Source: Patescibacteria group bacterium
GTDB lineage: Bacteria > Patescibacteriota > Microgenomatia > UBA8517
Reading direction: 5' to 3'
Assembly (NCBI GenBank): GCA_041742135.1
Contig: JBGSJG010000001.1
Location: forward strand, 131,151-195,150
DNA: 64,000 nt
Shown here: piece after piece, positions 63,657 through 64,000 of the stretch
Position numbering within the stretch: the first letter of the stretch is position 1
How the letters are laid out: each line of letters begins with the position of its first letter
The notes under the pieces: model-generated
Databases searched by the model: none
Seen by the model: only the letters and a program-made list of their open reading frames with translations
Told to the model about the DNA's origin: nothing
Made by a program: the position numbers and the translations under genes

Positions 63657-64000
63657 ATGCCAGAAGTTTATGTAAGCGACTTGCCAAACAAGCCGCAATC
63701 TTCGCACAATTCGAGACCAGACGTTACCCGCCACAGGCATCTGCCGGACAAGAAGGCCCTTCCTGGATATACAAGAAGTCGAGTGGCAGCCTATTGTTAC
63801 TATCCGGATCACGTTAAATTTGTAGGAGCGGACAGTCAGGAAAAAGTGGTCCTTCTTCTCCGCCGCCACATGATCACCAACTTAGGTTGGATTGTGACCT
63901 CAATTCTTTTAGTTTCAACGCCAATAGTGCTTTTAGTGTTTGAGTTGTTGAGCTTTGTGCCGGCAAATGTGCTTTTGGTGGGGTTATTGTTTTGGTATTT
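63657..64000 (+). CDS. Membrane protein, probably bacterial PH-domain family (3' truncated by window edge)
   Basis: Hand translation MPEVYVSD...EKVVLLLRRHMITNLGW followed by TM helices; frame open to the window end. Confidence 0.6.
   Translation, partial: MPEVYVSDLPNKPQSSHNSRPDVTRHRHLPDKKALPGYTRSRVAAYCYYPDHVKFVGADSQEKVVLLLRRHMITNLGWIVTSILLVSTPIVLLVFELLSFVPANVLLVGLLFWY

Noticed and set aside
1-64000. Alternative genetic code (UGA=Gly, as in Gracilibacteria/Absconditabacteria)
   Set aside because: Conserved genes are full length under code 11, and several end at TGA in expected places (hsp20, galU, jag).

Overview
A compact, gene-dense bacterial chromosome segment using the standard code (TGA is a stop). 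Gene content and architecture point to Patescibacteria/CPR, most like Microgenomates; this is inferred, not searched. Positions 1-37.6 kb hold housekeeping, DNA repair/competence (UvrD-nuclease, RmuC, DprA, YraN, ComM), envelope glycan genes, metG, valS, tsaD, groESL, hsp20, rplY and tRNA-Cys. The rnhA-jag-yidC-yidD-rnpA-rpmH / dnaA-dnaN block at 34-40.3 kb has a recognisable oriC (DnaA boxes plus CTA 'DnaA-trio' repeats). Directly beside the origin, 40.3-61.9 kb is a ~21.5 kb type IV secretion-like locus with no relaxase or integrase in the window. It encodes PrgI/VirB3-like, VirB4, VirB6-like and M23 peptidase proteins and ten VirB2/TrbC-like pilins, three of them carrying large Cys-rich head domains. 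It also encodes a 1094-aa secreted protein that appears to start with a circularly permuted clan GH-A barrel and end in a lysozyme-like domain. Window-wide, many start codons follow an extended -10 box by 5-8 nt with no Shine-Dalgarno, suggesting mostly leaderless mRNAs. All calls come from motif reading by eye; no database searches were run.
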